Assembly (NCBI RefSeq): GCF_009914755.1
Contig: NC_060939.1
Reading direction: 5' to 3' (one strand)
Origin: the human T2T-CHM13v2.0 reference genome, Homo sapiens
DNA: 64,000 nucleotides
The position numbers and the translations under genes are program-made. The notes under the pieces were generated by a model, which was given only the letters and a program-made list of their open reading frames with translations, was not told the origin of the DNA and searched no databases. Shown piece by piece: positions 50,665-64,000 of this stretch (positions within the stretch are counted from its first letter, which is position 1; each line of letters starts with the position of its first letter).

Positions 50665-51270
50665 CTATGCTGAGCTCCAACCATGGCCACACATTAAGCC
50701 CCGACCCTGGTCACATACTGAACCCCGACCCTGATCACAGATTGAACCCCAACCCTGGCCACACACTGAATCCCGACCCTGGTCAGACACTGAGTCCCGA
50801 CTCTGGTCAGACACTGAGCTCTGACCCTGGTCACAGACTGAGTCCTGACACTGATCACACGCTGAGCCCCAACCCTGGCCACACACTGAGCCCCAACCCT
50901 GGTCACACACTGAGCTCTGACCCTGGTCAGACACTGAACCCCGACCCTGGTCACAAGCTGAGCTCTGACCCTGGCCACACACTGGGCCCTGACCCTGGTC
51001 AGACACTGAGCCCCGAGCCTAGTCACAGACTGGGCTCGGACCCTGGTCATACCCTGAGCCCCGACCCTGGTCACACACTCTAACCCTTGACACATTAAGC
51101 AATGGTCACACAGTGCAAGCCCTAACACCAGTCATAGACTGTGTTCTGACCCTGCATACATACTGAGCCCTGACTGTGCACACACTGAGCCCTGGTCCCA
51201 CCCTGAACCCTGTCTCTGGCCCCACAGTGTAAATCCTGACCCTGGTTGCACATAGCCCTGACAGTCACCA
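50665..51270 (+). repeat. 24-bp minisatellite, consensus CACACTGAGCCCCGACCCTGGTCA, ~17 regular plus several degenerate units
   Basis: Read directly; explains the 8-aa periodic ORFs at this position. Confidence 0.95.
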
Positions 51271-51513
51271 GCCACCATGCCCAGTTTGCACCAGAGACCA
51301 GTGTCATGGTCTAGGCCCTAGGGAGGGTGGCCAGGCTCCCATCTCCTTGTGGAGAAGTTGCTGGGTTAATCTTCTGTCATATAAGCCGGCTCATCCCTGG
51401 CAGGGGCACGGGGAACCTGTGGGCCCATCCTTCTTGTTCCCAGTCCACACCCTCCCCACACCTTCCCTCATGCCACTGGCCTCTGCCTGAAGATACCCCC
51501 CTCCCCCTGCCAT

Positions 51514-51514
<1 letters not shown>

Positions 51515-51570
<56 letters not shown>
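51515..51570. repeat. (AC)28 microsatellite
   Basis: Read directly from the sequence. Confidence 0.95.
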
Positions 51571-51571
<1 letters not shown>

Positions 51572-52479
51572 AGTCCACTTCCAGCACCCTGGACCTTGCT
51601 TTCCAGGTTCCCCGACCAGTTTTATTCCCTGACCACAACTCCACAACCCAAGCCCTGGAGATGCTCCTTGGCTCCCACCTCAGAAGATAGGAAGGTGGGA
51701 TTCCTGGAATGCCGGAAGGAAAGGGTGCTATGCCTCACTCGTTCCCGGGGCTCACTGTCCAAGGGGAGACACTGAGGTCACTGGGAGGTGCGTGGTGGCC
51801 CCAGGGCTCCCGTCCTGGTCCAGGGCTCTTTCTACCCAGTCCTCTGGCTGCCTAGGGGTTTCCCTCCTCTCAGTGCCCCCACCGCCCAGCTGGCAGAGGA
51901 GGGCCCCTGTGGTGGGGACAGGCAAGTGCCAAGCACCCTCCCAAGACCAAGAAGGTGAGGTGGCAGGGGCTGGCAAAGCCTCGGGGAGCCACCCTGTCCT
52001 GGGCACTGCCACGCTCGGAAAGCCCTGACTTGGAGCTAATTTTTTACTTCTTCTCAGGCTGAACAACGGGATATTCTGGATCCTCTCAGGCACAATGGTG
52101 CCAAGGGGCTGAGCTGTTCCCAGGCTTGCAGGGTGGCTGAGGCCTTCTGGGCTGTGTGTCCTAGGGGAGAGTCAGCCACTGACTCCAGACACAGCCCCAG
52201 GTGAAGACCACCACGGTCACAATGGAGGTGAGGGGCCCACTGATGCCTGAAATCCCACCAGTCATTCACCCTGTGGGGCAAAGCACTGCTCTTCTCAAAT
52301 GCAAGCTGAGATGGGGGCCAACAGCTCTGGGTCCCACCCTGGCTTGGAGTGCTGCCAGCTGTGTGGCCCGGGGTGGGCCGCACTTTACCTTTCTAAGCTT
52401 TGGATCCCTTGTCTGTAAGATGGGGATAATAACATATAAATCCCATTGTTGTCACAACTAAGATCCTGATATCCTCACC

Positions 52480-53185
52480 ATCTCCCCTTGATGTCCCATA
52501 AACACCTCATCGTTCCTCGTCCCCAAACCACTCCTTCTCCAGGGCTCCTGCCTCAGCAAACATCTCCACCATCAACCCAGCTGCCCAAACCAGAAACCTC
52601 GCCTCCCTGTGATATCCCCACCCAACCCGGCACCTGTCCTGGGCCAGGCCCACCACGGCCTGCCAGACCCCCTGGAGTGGCCCACCTTACTCTTCTGTGT
52701 CCCTGTGTCCCTCTGCTCTTCATCCAGCAGCCAGGGCAGCACTGTTGAACCCTAAGTTAGATTAGGTCCCTTCCCTGCTTAAAACCCTCCAGCAACTTCC
52801 TCTTTCTCTTAGACCAAAACCCACCCACCCTCCTCACTATTGGCCTCAGGCTCTGTCTGACCCAGCCCTGACCACCTACCCAGCCCCACCTCCTCTGGTT
52901 CTCTTCCTGTTACCCCACAAGTTTCCTTCCAGCTCCTGAACACACCAAGGTTCTCCAGGACATGGAATGCTCTTCCTGCTCCTTGCACACAGCTCCTTCT
53001 TATCCATCTGATAATGGGATAAGACGCCTCCTCAGAGAAGCCCTCCCAGACTGCCCAGTCTCAGTATGCCAGAAGCCCATCCTGACCCCAAGAAGAACTG
53101 TGAGCCTCACTCGGAAAGGGGCCATGGCTGCCTTGCTCACTGTATGCCTAGCCCCTAGCACAGAGCCCAGAACATAGCAGGTCCT
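52480..53185 (+). mobile_element. L2 3' portion
   Basis: ccctgcttaaaaccctccagcaacttcc...cctcctcagagaagccctcccagact...ttgctcactgtatgcctagcccctagcacagagcc..aacatagcagg. Confidence 0.75.
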
Positions 53186-54409
53186 CAAGAAGCAGGAATC
53201 CCTGCTGAGGAGCAGACCAGAGACTCTACCCTCTCTGCTTCCCCAGCCAGATCCAGAAGCTATAGCCAGAGTCCCAGAGGAGATGATGGCAGGAGAGACA
53301 CATGGGTAGGCATGGTTCTGCCTCCGTGGGCAATGCCCATGGCTGTGGCTGTGCCAGGATGCCACACGGATTCCCTGTAGAAGACAGTACAGCTAGGGAC
53401 TGAGCAGAGAAGGACCTGCAACTACTGAGACCATGCCAGCAGCTGGGTGTTCTCGAAGCAAATTGCCTCAGCAGGTGGCAGGCTGCAGGCTGCAGGCAGG
53501 GATGCTGGAGGGGAACAGGATGTGCCATGTCTTCTGATGCTCCAGGAGAGAGAGAGGGAGAAGGAAGAGGGAGAAATGGTGGGGAGGAGGAGGAGAAGTC
53601 CAAATGGAAGTCTGCTCCACCCCACATTAGGCAGAGAGGAGAAAGAAAAGGGTCTCCACGGTCAAGCTCCCCTGGAAAGTAGAAGCAATGTAGGTTCACT
53701 TCCTGCTACATGCCCAATGATGGGCACCTGAGGCCTGTGGCCACAGACCCTACTCACCATGACTCTTGAAGCACAAATGATCCCAACCATTCTGCAGATG
53801 AGAAAACAGCTCAGAATGGCCACATGGCTTGCCCAAGGTGGCACCGCCAGCAAGAGATGGAGCTTAAAATCAGGTCAGAAGTGGGGCACCAGGGATTTTA
53901 GCCAGACATCAAGAAAATCCCCTAAACAGGTCAGGGAAAAACCCTGGTCCCAGGAAGGGCTACGGTTCCCCAGAGGCTGCTGGGCAAAAGGACTGGACAA
54001 GTGGCTGAGGGCAGGAGGCTGAACCTATTGGCCTCCAGAGTCCCACCCAGCTGTGACGTTCTGCAACCACTGGGCAAGCTCCAGCAGCCTCCAGGAGGGC
54101 AGACTCAGGAAGAGGCTGGGCAGCCCTTGAGAACCCCTGGGGAAGGCTCTGACCATCAGGGTTTGCCAGGATGCCAGGCAGGAGCACAGGCACCAATCCA
54201 AGGTGGTTCTATTCTCTGTGGGAGGTCTTGACCTTCTAGGGCCACCAACAGAGACATGGGTGACCACGGGTCCCAGAAGAAAAGGGGCTGGAAAGGATGA
54301 GATGAGAGAAAGAAAGAGCTCTCTCCTATGGCCAAACCAGCCGGCGGGGAACCCTGTCCCACAGTTTTGACAGGCACCAGGCACCAGCTTGCCCAGAATT
54401 TCTGTCTTG

Positions 54410-54590
54410 CACAAGGTAATTACAGTTCTTCCTGTGTAATGAGATGGTTTTTAAAGGACATTCAAAAGAAATTTCCTATAATGAGGTGAATGGGTTTATA
54501 GTGTTAGACATCAAGGAAGCTGGTAATTGTTGGGACCCAGGCTGAGTCCTGGAGTGAAGCGACGAGTTTCCACATATAAAAGGCAAGAAG
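54410..54590. promoter_or_regulatory. AT-rich motif island ending in a consensus TATA box
   Basis: GTAATTAC, GTAATGAG, TATAATGAG, ACATCAAGG and GTAATTG; TATAAAAG at 54575-54582. Confidence 0.35.
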
Positions 54591-54817
54591 AGCAGGAGGG
54601 TGGATGGCAAGCCCTGGGAAGGAGGACAGACACTTTACCAGAAAAGTTTCTGTGACACCAGCAGCCCAGTGTGCCCTGAAGAGCAGAGTGGGGAATCGGG
54701 AGGCTGGAACCCTGTTGGGGCAGAGGAAACTGATGGAGCTGGGGCTGGTCAGGAGCAAGGGAAAACCCACAGGGGTGAAGCCACAGGGTGGAAGTCTGGG
54801 CCCAGAAGGAAAACGAA

Positions 54818-55563
<746 letters not shown>

Positions 55564-56669
55564 ATAATTGTTCTAACAACTGCAACTATCTGGCCATGGA
55601 AAATGGCCTTAAAATGGGGTGAGCCTCCCATCTCCAGAGGTGTGCGAGCAAAGCTGGAGCATCCCCAGTGCCCCCAGTACTCTGGACAGCTCCCAAGGCA
55701 GGTTCAGTTAGTCTTCCATTTGACCTCACTGTATGCAGGGAGCCATACAGACAGGGTCATCATTCCCGTCCCACCGATTTGGAAACTGAGGCCAAGAACC
55801 TGCTCAAGAGCACAAAGTGGCCAGTCAGGGACAGCGGCAGGCCTGGAATCCCAGCATCCTGACCGCCAGTTTGGGGCTGGTTCAGGCTCACTGCCCTGGG
55901 TCTTCCTTTTGTGCCTTCTCTGTCTCTAGATTCAACTGTGGTTCAACGTCCTGGAAGGCAGAGAAAAACCCAGCCTTCCTGCACCCGGCTGTTCCAGACT
56001 GAAAGTGGCATCACTGCTGAAAGGTCTTTCCCAACTCTCTCCTGAAGCTTTCCAGTGGCGCTGCAGGCCCACTGCTTTGATGTGCCTGTCCTGATGGAGC
56101 CACAAGCTTCTCAGACATGACTTGGCTTATGGAGAAGCTACACTAGCTGGCAGTCCCTTGATGAGCACCTACGGTGTACAAGGCCCTGGTACAGTGAAGG
56201 GCAGGGGTAAACACAGGGAAGGTGGGAGCCAACATATCAGGGACTGAGTCCGTGCATATCAGACCACCCAGTGAGACCCCACACGGTGTCCCCAGACCTA
56301 GTTTGGCTTCTGACTGGGCATCCCAGACCCTCCTCAGGAGGATGGAAAGAGATGGCAAAAGGGTGGGTCTGAGAAGGGCACTGGGGAGTTGGAGCAGAGA
56401 AGAGGAGTCCCCGTGGAGGAGGAAGGGAGAAGAGAGGGTGGCCGAGGGAAGCTGCAGCTCCTATGGCTTCTCCTGCTCCTTCCAGGCCTCTGGAACCCCA
56501 GGGGGGCAGGGGCTGCCGTGGGCTGTCCCTCACCCCCACCAACACCCGGCACTCAGCTCCACCCTTCACGTGTCTGCCTGCATTGCTGGAGAACTTCATG
56601 GAGGCCCCTCAGCTCCGACACCAAATGAAGCAGGAGCATGGCCAAGCTTGCCAGCCCAGGCGGCCCAGC

Positions 56670-57060
56670 TCTAAATGCTGGTTAATTGGCGCTGAGCGGC
56701 AGAGGGACGTGAGGAATGGGCTTTGAAGTCACCTGGTGGGACTTGTCCAGCAGGAACAATGGGCCACCCAGCTGGTAGAGAGTCTCGGCTCCTAATTAAG
56801 AACCGCTTTGAACATAGAGACATCAGATTAATGAGGTTTACAGAGCTCAGTTTCACGGTGTGGCAGGCTGCCTCTGTTCTCTGATCGCAGTTTGATGCCA
56901 AAACCTTGTTCTCTAAATCAAAGGTTCTCCAGAAACTCCGTTTTCTGACATGCCTTGGATTTCTGCTGGGCGTCTCTGCCAGGGAGCTAAAAGCCTTCAC
57001 CTCCATTCCTTCACTTTGCCGCGGTGCTGGCTTTTGTTTCGCTGAAGAAGACTTCACAGA
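56670..57060. promoter_or_regulatory. Candidate developmental enhancer (TCF/LEF + SOX + homeodomain)
   Basis: CTTTGAA at 56721 and 56806, ATCAAAG at 56917, AACAATGG at 56755, TTAATTGG at 56682, CTAATTAA at 56792, GATTAATG at 56826. Confidence 0.5.
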
Positions 57061-59223
57061 GCTGGAACACCTCACACAGCCCACCTGCGATGGAGGACGG
57101 GGCGGCTGGGGTAGCCCCATTTAGCAGAGCATGCTTGCTCAAGGTCACACAGCAAGCTGGCCAACCGTGCCGGGCCGCCAGGCCCCCAGATTGCAGGGCC
57201 TCTCTGCTCTTGGCAGCTTTGATGGTGCCAGGCCATGGAGGATCCACTGGCCAATTTCCCGCTGTTGGCATCTGTTCACAGGCCTCAGGGGCCTCTGGTT
57301 CACCATTCTTGGGAGAAGATTGAGACGTCTGCAGGAGGCAGCCCGCACGGCCTTGCTTTCTGCCTCTTCTGTTCCAGTGGGGCACCTTCTTCCCCAGCCC
57401 CCTCTCTGAGCCTTTGCTCACCCAGAGCCCTCCCTTCTTCCCCTCCAGAATGTCCCCTCTCTGATCCATTTCATTAAACTCGCACCTCCCTTCAAAACCC
57501 AGCTCAACCCTTGCTCCTCCTTTGCCACCACAGTCCCTGGATCTTTCTCTTCTTCCCCAAGAACTTCAGCCCCAAATCCCTGTTTCCTTGAACAATTGCT
57601 TCTTGCCCTATGTTCCACTGTTTAACATTACTATATTTGCTTATTATTTTGTCCTGTCTCCCCTATGAGACTGTGGCTTAAAGAGAGGCATGGTGCCTGT
57701 GTCACCTCTGTGTCCCCGACATTGAAGACTGGCCGATAACGAAGATTCCATCCTCCTTTGACACTCTGGGGGCCACAGGGAGAGAAGACACCTTCCTGCC
57801 CTGTTTCCCCAACTTCCAAGTAGGCCTGAGGCCTGCATCCTGCTTCCTTCATGAGGCTGCTGAATGAGTGTTGGTAAAGATGGCAGCCCTGGGGCAAAGA
57901 CAGGGAGGCTGAGGAACACTGAGGCTTGGACAAGTCAATTCCTCTCTCTAAGCCTCAGGTTCCCTATCTGTAAACAGGGTTAGCCCGAGGATTCACAGGA
58001 TGCGTGCATTAAAACTCAATCCTCACATCCACCTTGGGAGTATGTACTGTCATTCTGCTCTATTTCACAAATGAAGAAAGGCCCAGAAAAGTTGGAGGAG
58101 GCAGTACTGAAACCTAGGCAACAGGCGGCTCTGGAATCCAGCCTCCACCACACCACTGACTTTCAAGCAGACCCTCTGAACGCTTCAGCGGAGCTTGTTC
58201 CTTCTGAAACGTGCTTACCCTCTCTGGGCCTCTGTTCTCTCCTCTGAGGGGTGGGCACACAGCGACATTCTGCAGATGATTTCTGCTCGGCCAGGGCAGG
58301 CTGATGTGCTCCCTGCTCCTCGGGGCTCTTCTAGACCTCAGGTCCAAATTCCTCCCATCTACAGTGGTTCTGTCCCTGTGGGACCTAAGAGGTGGCTGTG
58401 CCTCCCTCTGCCTTCGAACTTCCTGGCCACTTCCCCTCACCCACAGAGGGCTCCTGTCTGTCCTGCCCTGCACCTCAACCCTTGCATCCTTCTAGGTGAC
58501 TTCCCCATGCTGGGGGTGCCCCTACTGCCTGCTTCCAGTCACCTTCAGCTGCCATTCCCTGCAGCCTCTATCCCAGGCCACACCCTGGCCCTGTCACCAC
58601 CATGGCTCCTGGTCAAACCTCCCAGCTGGCCCTCCAGCTCCTCTCCTTACAATCCTCACTGCACCGAGACCTTCGCACCTCACCTTCCATCACTGCCCTT
58701 CCGCCCTCACTGCCCTTGGTGAGCTTGAGTTCCATGGTCCATCAGCATAATGGATGCTCAAATACCTTGCCCCCCTCCCCCTAAGCAGTACTTTCATAAA
58801 ACCCCAACCTGGATGAATCCAACCAACATCTTGGCACTTATAGCTGGGAGGCCAAATACAGCTAGAGAAATGACCCCACCGTGGAGGCTGTGCCCTCTGT
58901 GAGCTTGAATCCCAAACCTGCAGCAATTCCAGCACTGCCCAGCAGTCCCAGCTCCAGCCACCGGCCACCTCACCTCCCCACTCTCCAACCTGGCAGTGGC
59001 CCCACCTCCACTCTCCTCCTGCCTCCCTTCCTCCATGTGACCCATCACTCTCCACTGAGACCTCACTTTGTTTTCACTGGGGAAGCAGAAGCCAGCAAAT
59101 ATGAACCCCAGTCCTCTGCCCCTGCACATTCTAGAAGCCCACCAGCTTCGGCCTGCACCCCCCTTCCTGCCTGATGAGGGGTCTCGCTGCTGTTAAAGGT
59201 TAATGGCTCCACTTGGACTCTGA

Positions 59224-59725
<502 letters not shown>

Positions 59726-59739
59726 TATGCTGAGTTTTA

Positions 59740-60085
59740 AAAAAATCAATCTCAGAAGGTGATATACTGTATGATTCCATCTATGTAACACTCATGAAAT
59801 AACAAAATTACAGAGGAGGACAAATTAGTAGCAGCCAAGCGGGAGGCGTGGGAGCAGGGTTGGGCGGGGAGGGGTGTGCTGGCACAGGGAGTCTTGTAGT
59901 GTGGTGCAGATCTACGTCTCCATTGTGGCGCTGGATACACACACAGGACTATATATAAACACTTACATACACACACGCGCACACACACACGAGTGTATGT
60001 ATAACTGGTGAAATAGAATCAGGTTTGTGGACTGTGCCAACGTCAGTGACCTGTCTCTGATATTGTCCTGGAGTTATGCGAGGCT
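59740..60085 (+). mobile_element. L1MC/MD-type 3' fragment
   Basis: atactgtatgattccatctatgtaacactc..gaaataacaaaattacagag...gtataactggtgaaat..gaat. Confidence 0.7.
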
Positions 60086-61129
60086 GGGTAAAGGTATACG
60101 TGTCATCATGCCCGCAGCTGACTGAGTTTGCCCTTCCTTTAGGAACCCTCTCCTGGCTTCTGGGATTCCACATCCTTTTGGCTTTCCTCGCACCCCCTAG
60201 GTGTGCCTTCTCAGCCTCCTGTGAAGGTTCCTTCTCCTCCCTCAACTCTACATGGTGGTGACCCCAGCGTCCAGGACTTGGTCCTCTCTCCACCATCCAC
60301 GTCGCTTCCTGGTGGTCCTTGGCTTTGCCCAGGTCTTTAAACACCATCTACAGCTGCTGGTTCCCACGTCCCCATCCCCTATAAAGACCTCTCCCCTGAG
60401 CTCCAGGCTTGTGACCACAACTGTCAATAGGACACCTCTGCAGAAGGAGGTGGTCAAAAACGAACTCCTGATCCTCCACTGCACCTCCACATCTCAGAGG
60501 ATGACCGCAGCGGCTCAAGCCAGGAATTGAGGATCCTTCTTGCCTTCTCCATGACCTTCTCCCTGTCCCCAGTTCTGCTGCCATGATGGGGTCTGCCACC
60601 CCCATCACCATGGTTACCATTTTGACCTAGGCCTCCATCATGTCTGCCTCACTCTCTTTCCCTACTTGGCCCTTCCTGCAGCAGCTGGAGAGATCTTTTT
60701 TAAAACTTAAATCAGATTGTCACCACCCTTGCTTAACCCAAGCTCATTCAAGGCCCCCTGCCCCTTGGAAAATATCCCACAGCCCCAGAGTGCCATGCAA
60801 ATGCCCTCATTTGGCCCTCTCTCCCCCTGCCACTGCCCTTTGCCACACAGCCTCCTCATCCCCCTCACGGTCCTCCCACAGGTGCTCCCTCACCTGAGGG
60901 CCCCATTGCCCAGTCTTACCAGCTGTCCCTATTCATCCCATCACTGCACCATTAGCATTCTCTGTTTGCCCCAATGGCATGAGAAGCGTGCACAGCCAGT
61001 GCCTGGAGCGTGGCAGGCACTCAGTAATGTCTGTGGAGTGAATGGGTGAGCTCTCCCTGCTCTCCTCCCTCTCAGCAGCATCCTCTCTTCCTCCCGCGAT
61101 AAGCCTGGCTTGCCTGGGCACGGGGGAGG

Positions 61130-61330
61130 GTGCGCACGTCTCTACGCGCCCACACACTCCACTTTCCCCCAAACAATAACTGATACCCAGATGACTCGAT
61201 GACATGATCATTTCCCCATGTCTTGGCTGGGAGCTGCTTCCAGTGGTAAAAGTTTGCTGTTTTATGGTCCCAAGAAGACATTAGCCATAACGTGCTAAAA
61301 TTATCACCTAGTCGAGTCATCTGTTTAAAT
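61130..61330. promoter_or_regulatory. Candidate enhancer island
   Basis: AACAAT, TTTTATGG, CCATAA, AAATTA and TGACTC/GAGTCA; CpGs retained. Confidence 0.3.
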
Positions 61331-62339
61331 ACTCTGGAAACCAAATACTCCAGGGCTGAGTGCTATTCCCAGTGGTCCTGGATGCCAATGGTGGGCCTGG
61401 TTGTCTGGAACACTGAGCTCTTGGGTCTGAGCCCACCCGAGCTTGGCCAGCCTACTCTGCAAGGTGACTGTGGTCACACGTGGGATGTGGCAATGCGACA
61501 CTTCATGGCTGGCATGCTGCACGTACCCCATATGGGGTACTCTCCACCCCTTTCACACATCCATGGGGCGCTAGGAGGAAATGGGGCAGCCCTATCAGCG
61601 TGGGCCCAGCAGGCAGCCTCAGGGCTGAGCAGGGCGTGGCTTGGGGGCCTAGGAGGGGTCTGAGGAGTCAGTCAGTTGTGACAAACAGATTTGGGCCCAG
61701 CCTGAATATCACTGTTGGAATGAGTGGAATTACATGAAATGTCATTAACTGTCCTGAGAGGTAGTGAGCTCCCTATCACCAGCAGTGTCCAAGCAGAGCA
61801 GGGCATTTTAGGAACAGAGTCTCCAGCCCTGTGATGCTGGGACTTGGGCCACAAGAAGAGTGGAGTTCCAGAGCCAAACAGACACAAATTCAAATCCCAC
61901 CTGTACCACTGACAGCTTGGGTAACCCCGGGCAAGTCACATAACAGTACTCAGATGCAGTTTCCACAAAGAAATAATGGGAACAAGATGTCTGCATGCAG
62001 TAGGTGCCTACTAAACACTAGCCCAGCCCCTCCTGCGCTGGGGCCTGTATCATTTCCTACTTCCTCCTCATAAATACCTCCACCTTGGCCTTAGTATTCT
62101 CCAAATATCCTTTCTGCCTGTCCCCAACAGGTGCCCAGGGCCACCCTCCTCTCCATTCATCTCAGGACAAGTGCTGGGACCACTTCCTCCAGGAAGGTGT
62201 CCCTGGCTGCTCTGAAGGGGGCTGGGCTCCTCTCCACTGGCACGCTGTGCACATCAGGTGTTTGAGGCTGGTACGGCTCTGGTGTCTCACGGTCAGCTGA
62301 GGGAGGGAAACATACTGTGTGTGAGTGGATGTGTCCTGC

Positions 62340-62836
<497 letters not shown>

Positions 62837-63499
62837 TAGGTGTATGGCTATATACACTGTGATCCGGAGTCCAAGACACGTGCAGGAATACACACACACA
62901 CGCACTCATACACACACACGTCTATGCAGCATTAGTAACACAGACTCAGGCATACACAACATGAGTGAAGAGCCATCTACTACCAGTTCATCGCCTGAGT
63001 GTCTCTGTCTCCCAACTCTCCTCCTCCCAAGCCAAGATGGGCAGGGAGCGAATGGTGGAGACTCAGGTACTGTCCACCTCCACTACCAAGTCTGTCCTAG
63101 ATGTCAGCATTTCAAACCTCAGTCCCCCCATGTGATAAGATCCCTTTGTAATGGTGGCAACTTCGAGGCTCAGAGAGGGTTGGACACTCCCCTCAGCTCA
63201 CACAGCAAGTCAGGGCCCAGGGAGTTCCCAACAAATGCTTCCCCATGCCTTCCCAGGGTCACCTCCAGAATCTCGGATTCCAGCCATTTCCCTTATTCTC
63301 ACTTGCATTTAGCAGGACGTAGATAAAAAGAGAAGAGAAAACAATAAGAGAAAGAAGGGAAACAGGAGAGAGGAGAGAGACCCAGGAGGAGAGGAGATGA
63401 GGAGGAGGGGAAGCCTGAGCCGCGGGATGCTCAGCTCAGCACTCTGCTCCCCAGCGCCCCTTGCCCACAGCTGCCACCCAGAGGAGTGCAGCAAGGCGG

Positions 63500-63680
63500 G
63501 GGTTAACTCTCTGCCGTGGAGCAGAAAATGAGGTTCCAGTTATTAGTTGATTTATTGCTCTGTCCTCAATCTGCGCTCAGGTCCTGGAAGGAAATGTTCC
63601 ACTCGAAAGCATTAAGCGTCTTCAAAGAGCAGAGGCATTAAAAATTGAAATCATAAAATAGACACGTAAATACAGTGGAG
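63500..63680. promoter_or_regulatory. Candidate enhancer (PBX-HOX, TCF, CDX/posterior HOX, FOX motifs)
   Basis: TGATTTATTG at 63548, TTCAAAG at 63621, TCATAAAA at 63651, GTAAATA at 63666. Confidence 0.45.
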
Positions 63681-64000
63681 GTGAGGGGGGGCAGCCCCCA
63701 GGCGGGCAGAGGTGGGGGTGGCAGGCCCAGGTGCCAGCCAGCCTGTGGGGCCGCCACATGCATGTAGGAGCCAGTGTGTCTACCAAGGCGAGGGGGGTGT
63801 TCCTGCCCAGAACTGGCACCCCAGCCCTGCTCACAGTGCCCAAAAGCCCTCCACTGGCACACCACGTGTGAGAGGATCAGAACTGTCCTGCCTGTGAAAG
63901 CACGTTTCCCTCTTGGCAGAGGGTCAGAAGCTCAGCCCCGATAGTTGGGGAGGAATGGCAAGGAGAGGCAGACAGGCAGGGAGGGCTCAGCCCGCTTCTA

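Noticed and set aside
50665-51128. ORFs with 8-aa periodicity in three frames (e.g. HTLSPDPG repeats)
   Set aside because: A direct consequence of a 24-bp stop-poor tandem unit; no splice, promoter or homology support for coding.
53468-53482. CTCF-like TCAGCAGGTGGCAGG (and GTGTCAGGGGGCGCT at 16839)
   Set aside because: Mismatches at conserved 5' positions; such matches are expected by chance in GC-rich DNA.

Overview
Primate (most likely human) non-coding genomic DNA from a GC-rich region. No protein-coding exon, tRNA, rRNA or CRISPR array can be supported, and the listed ORFs are chance or repeat-derived. The window holds many ancient repeats (MIR, L2, L1M, MLT1/MST LTRs, hAT MERs) but only about six Alu copies (J/S type). 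Short AT-rich, homeodomain/TCF/SOX-motif-dense unique islands punctuate it and look like conserved enhancers. It also has a near-canonical REST RE1 site, a perfect CTCF core and an RFX X-box, which suggests an intron or flank of a neuronal or developmental gene that I cannot name. The most notable structures are: (1) a 2.5-kb ~31-33-bp VNTR (43591-46113) that grew out of a MIR 3' tail and carries TACTAAC (branch-point/QKI/SF1 motif) plus GTAAG in nearly every unit; (2) two related 24-bp minisatellites in opposite orientation 19 kb apart, one with a 94-bp higher-order period; (3) two old local direct duplications, each bracketing a putative regulatory element; and (4) reciprocal L1ME/L2 nesting. 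Repeat family calls come from remembered consensus sequences, and the boundaries of old repeats are approximate.
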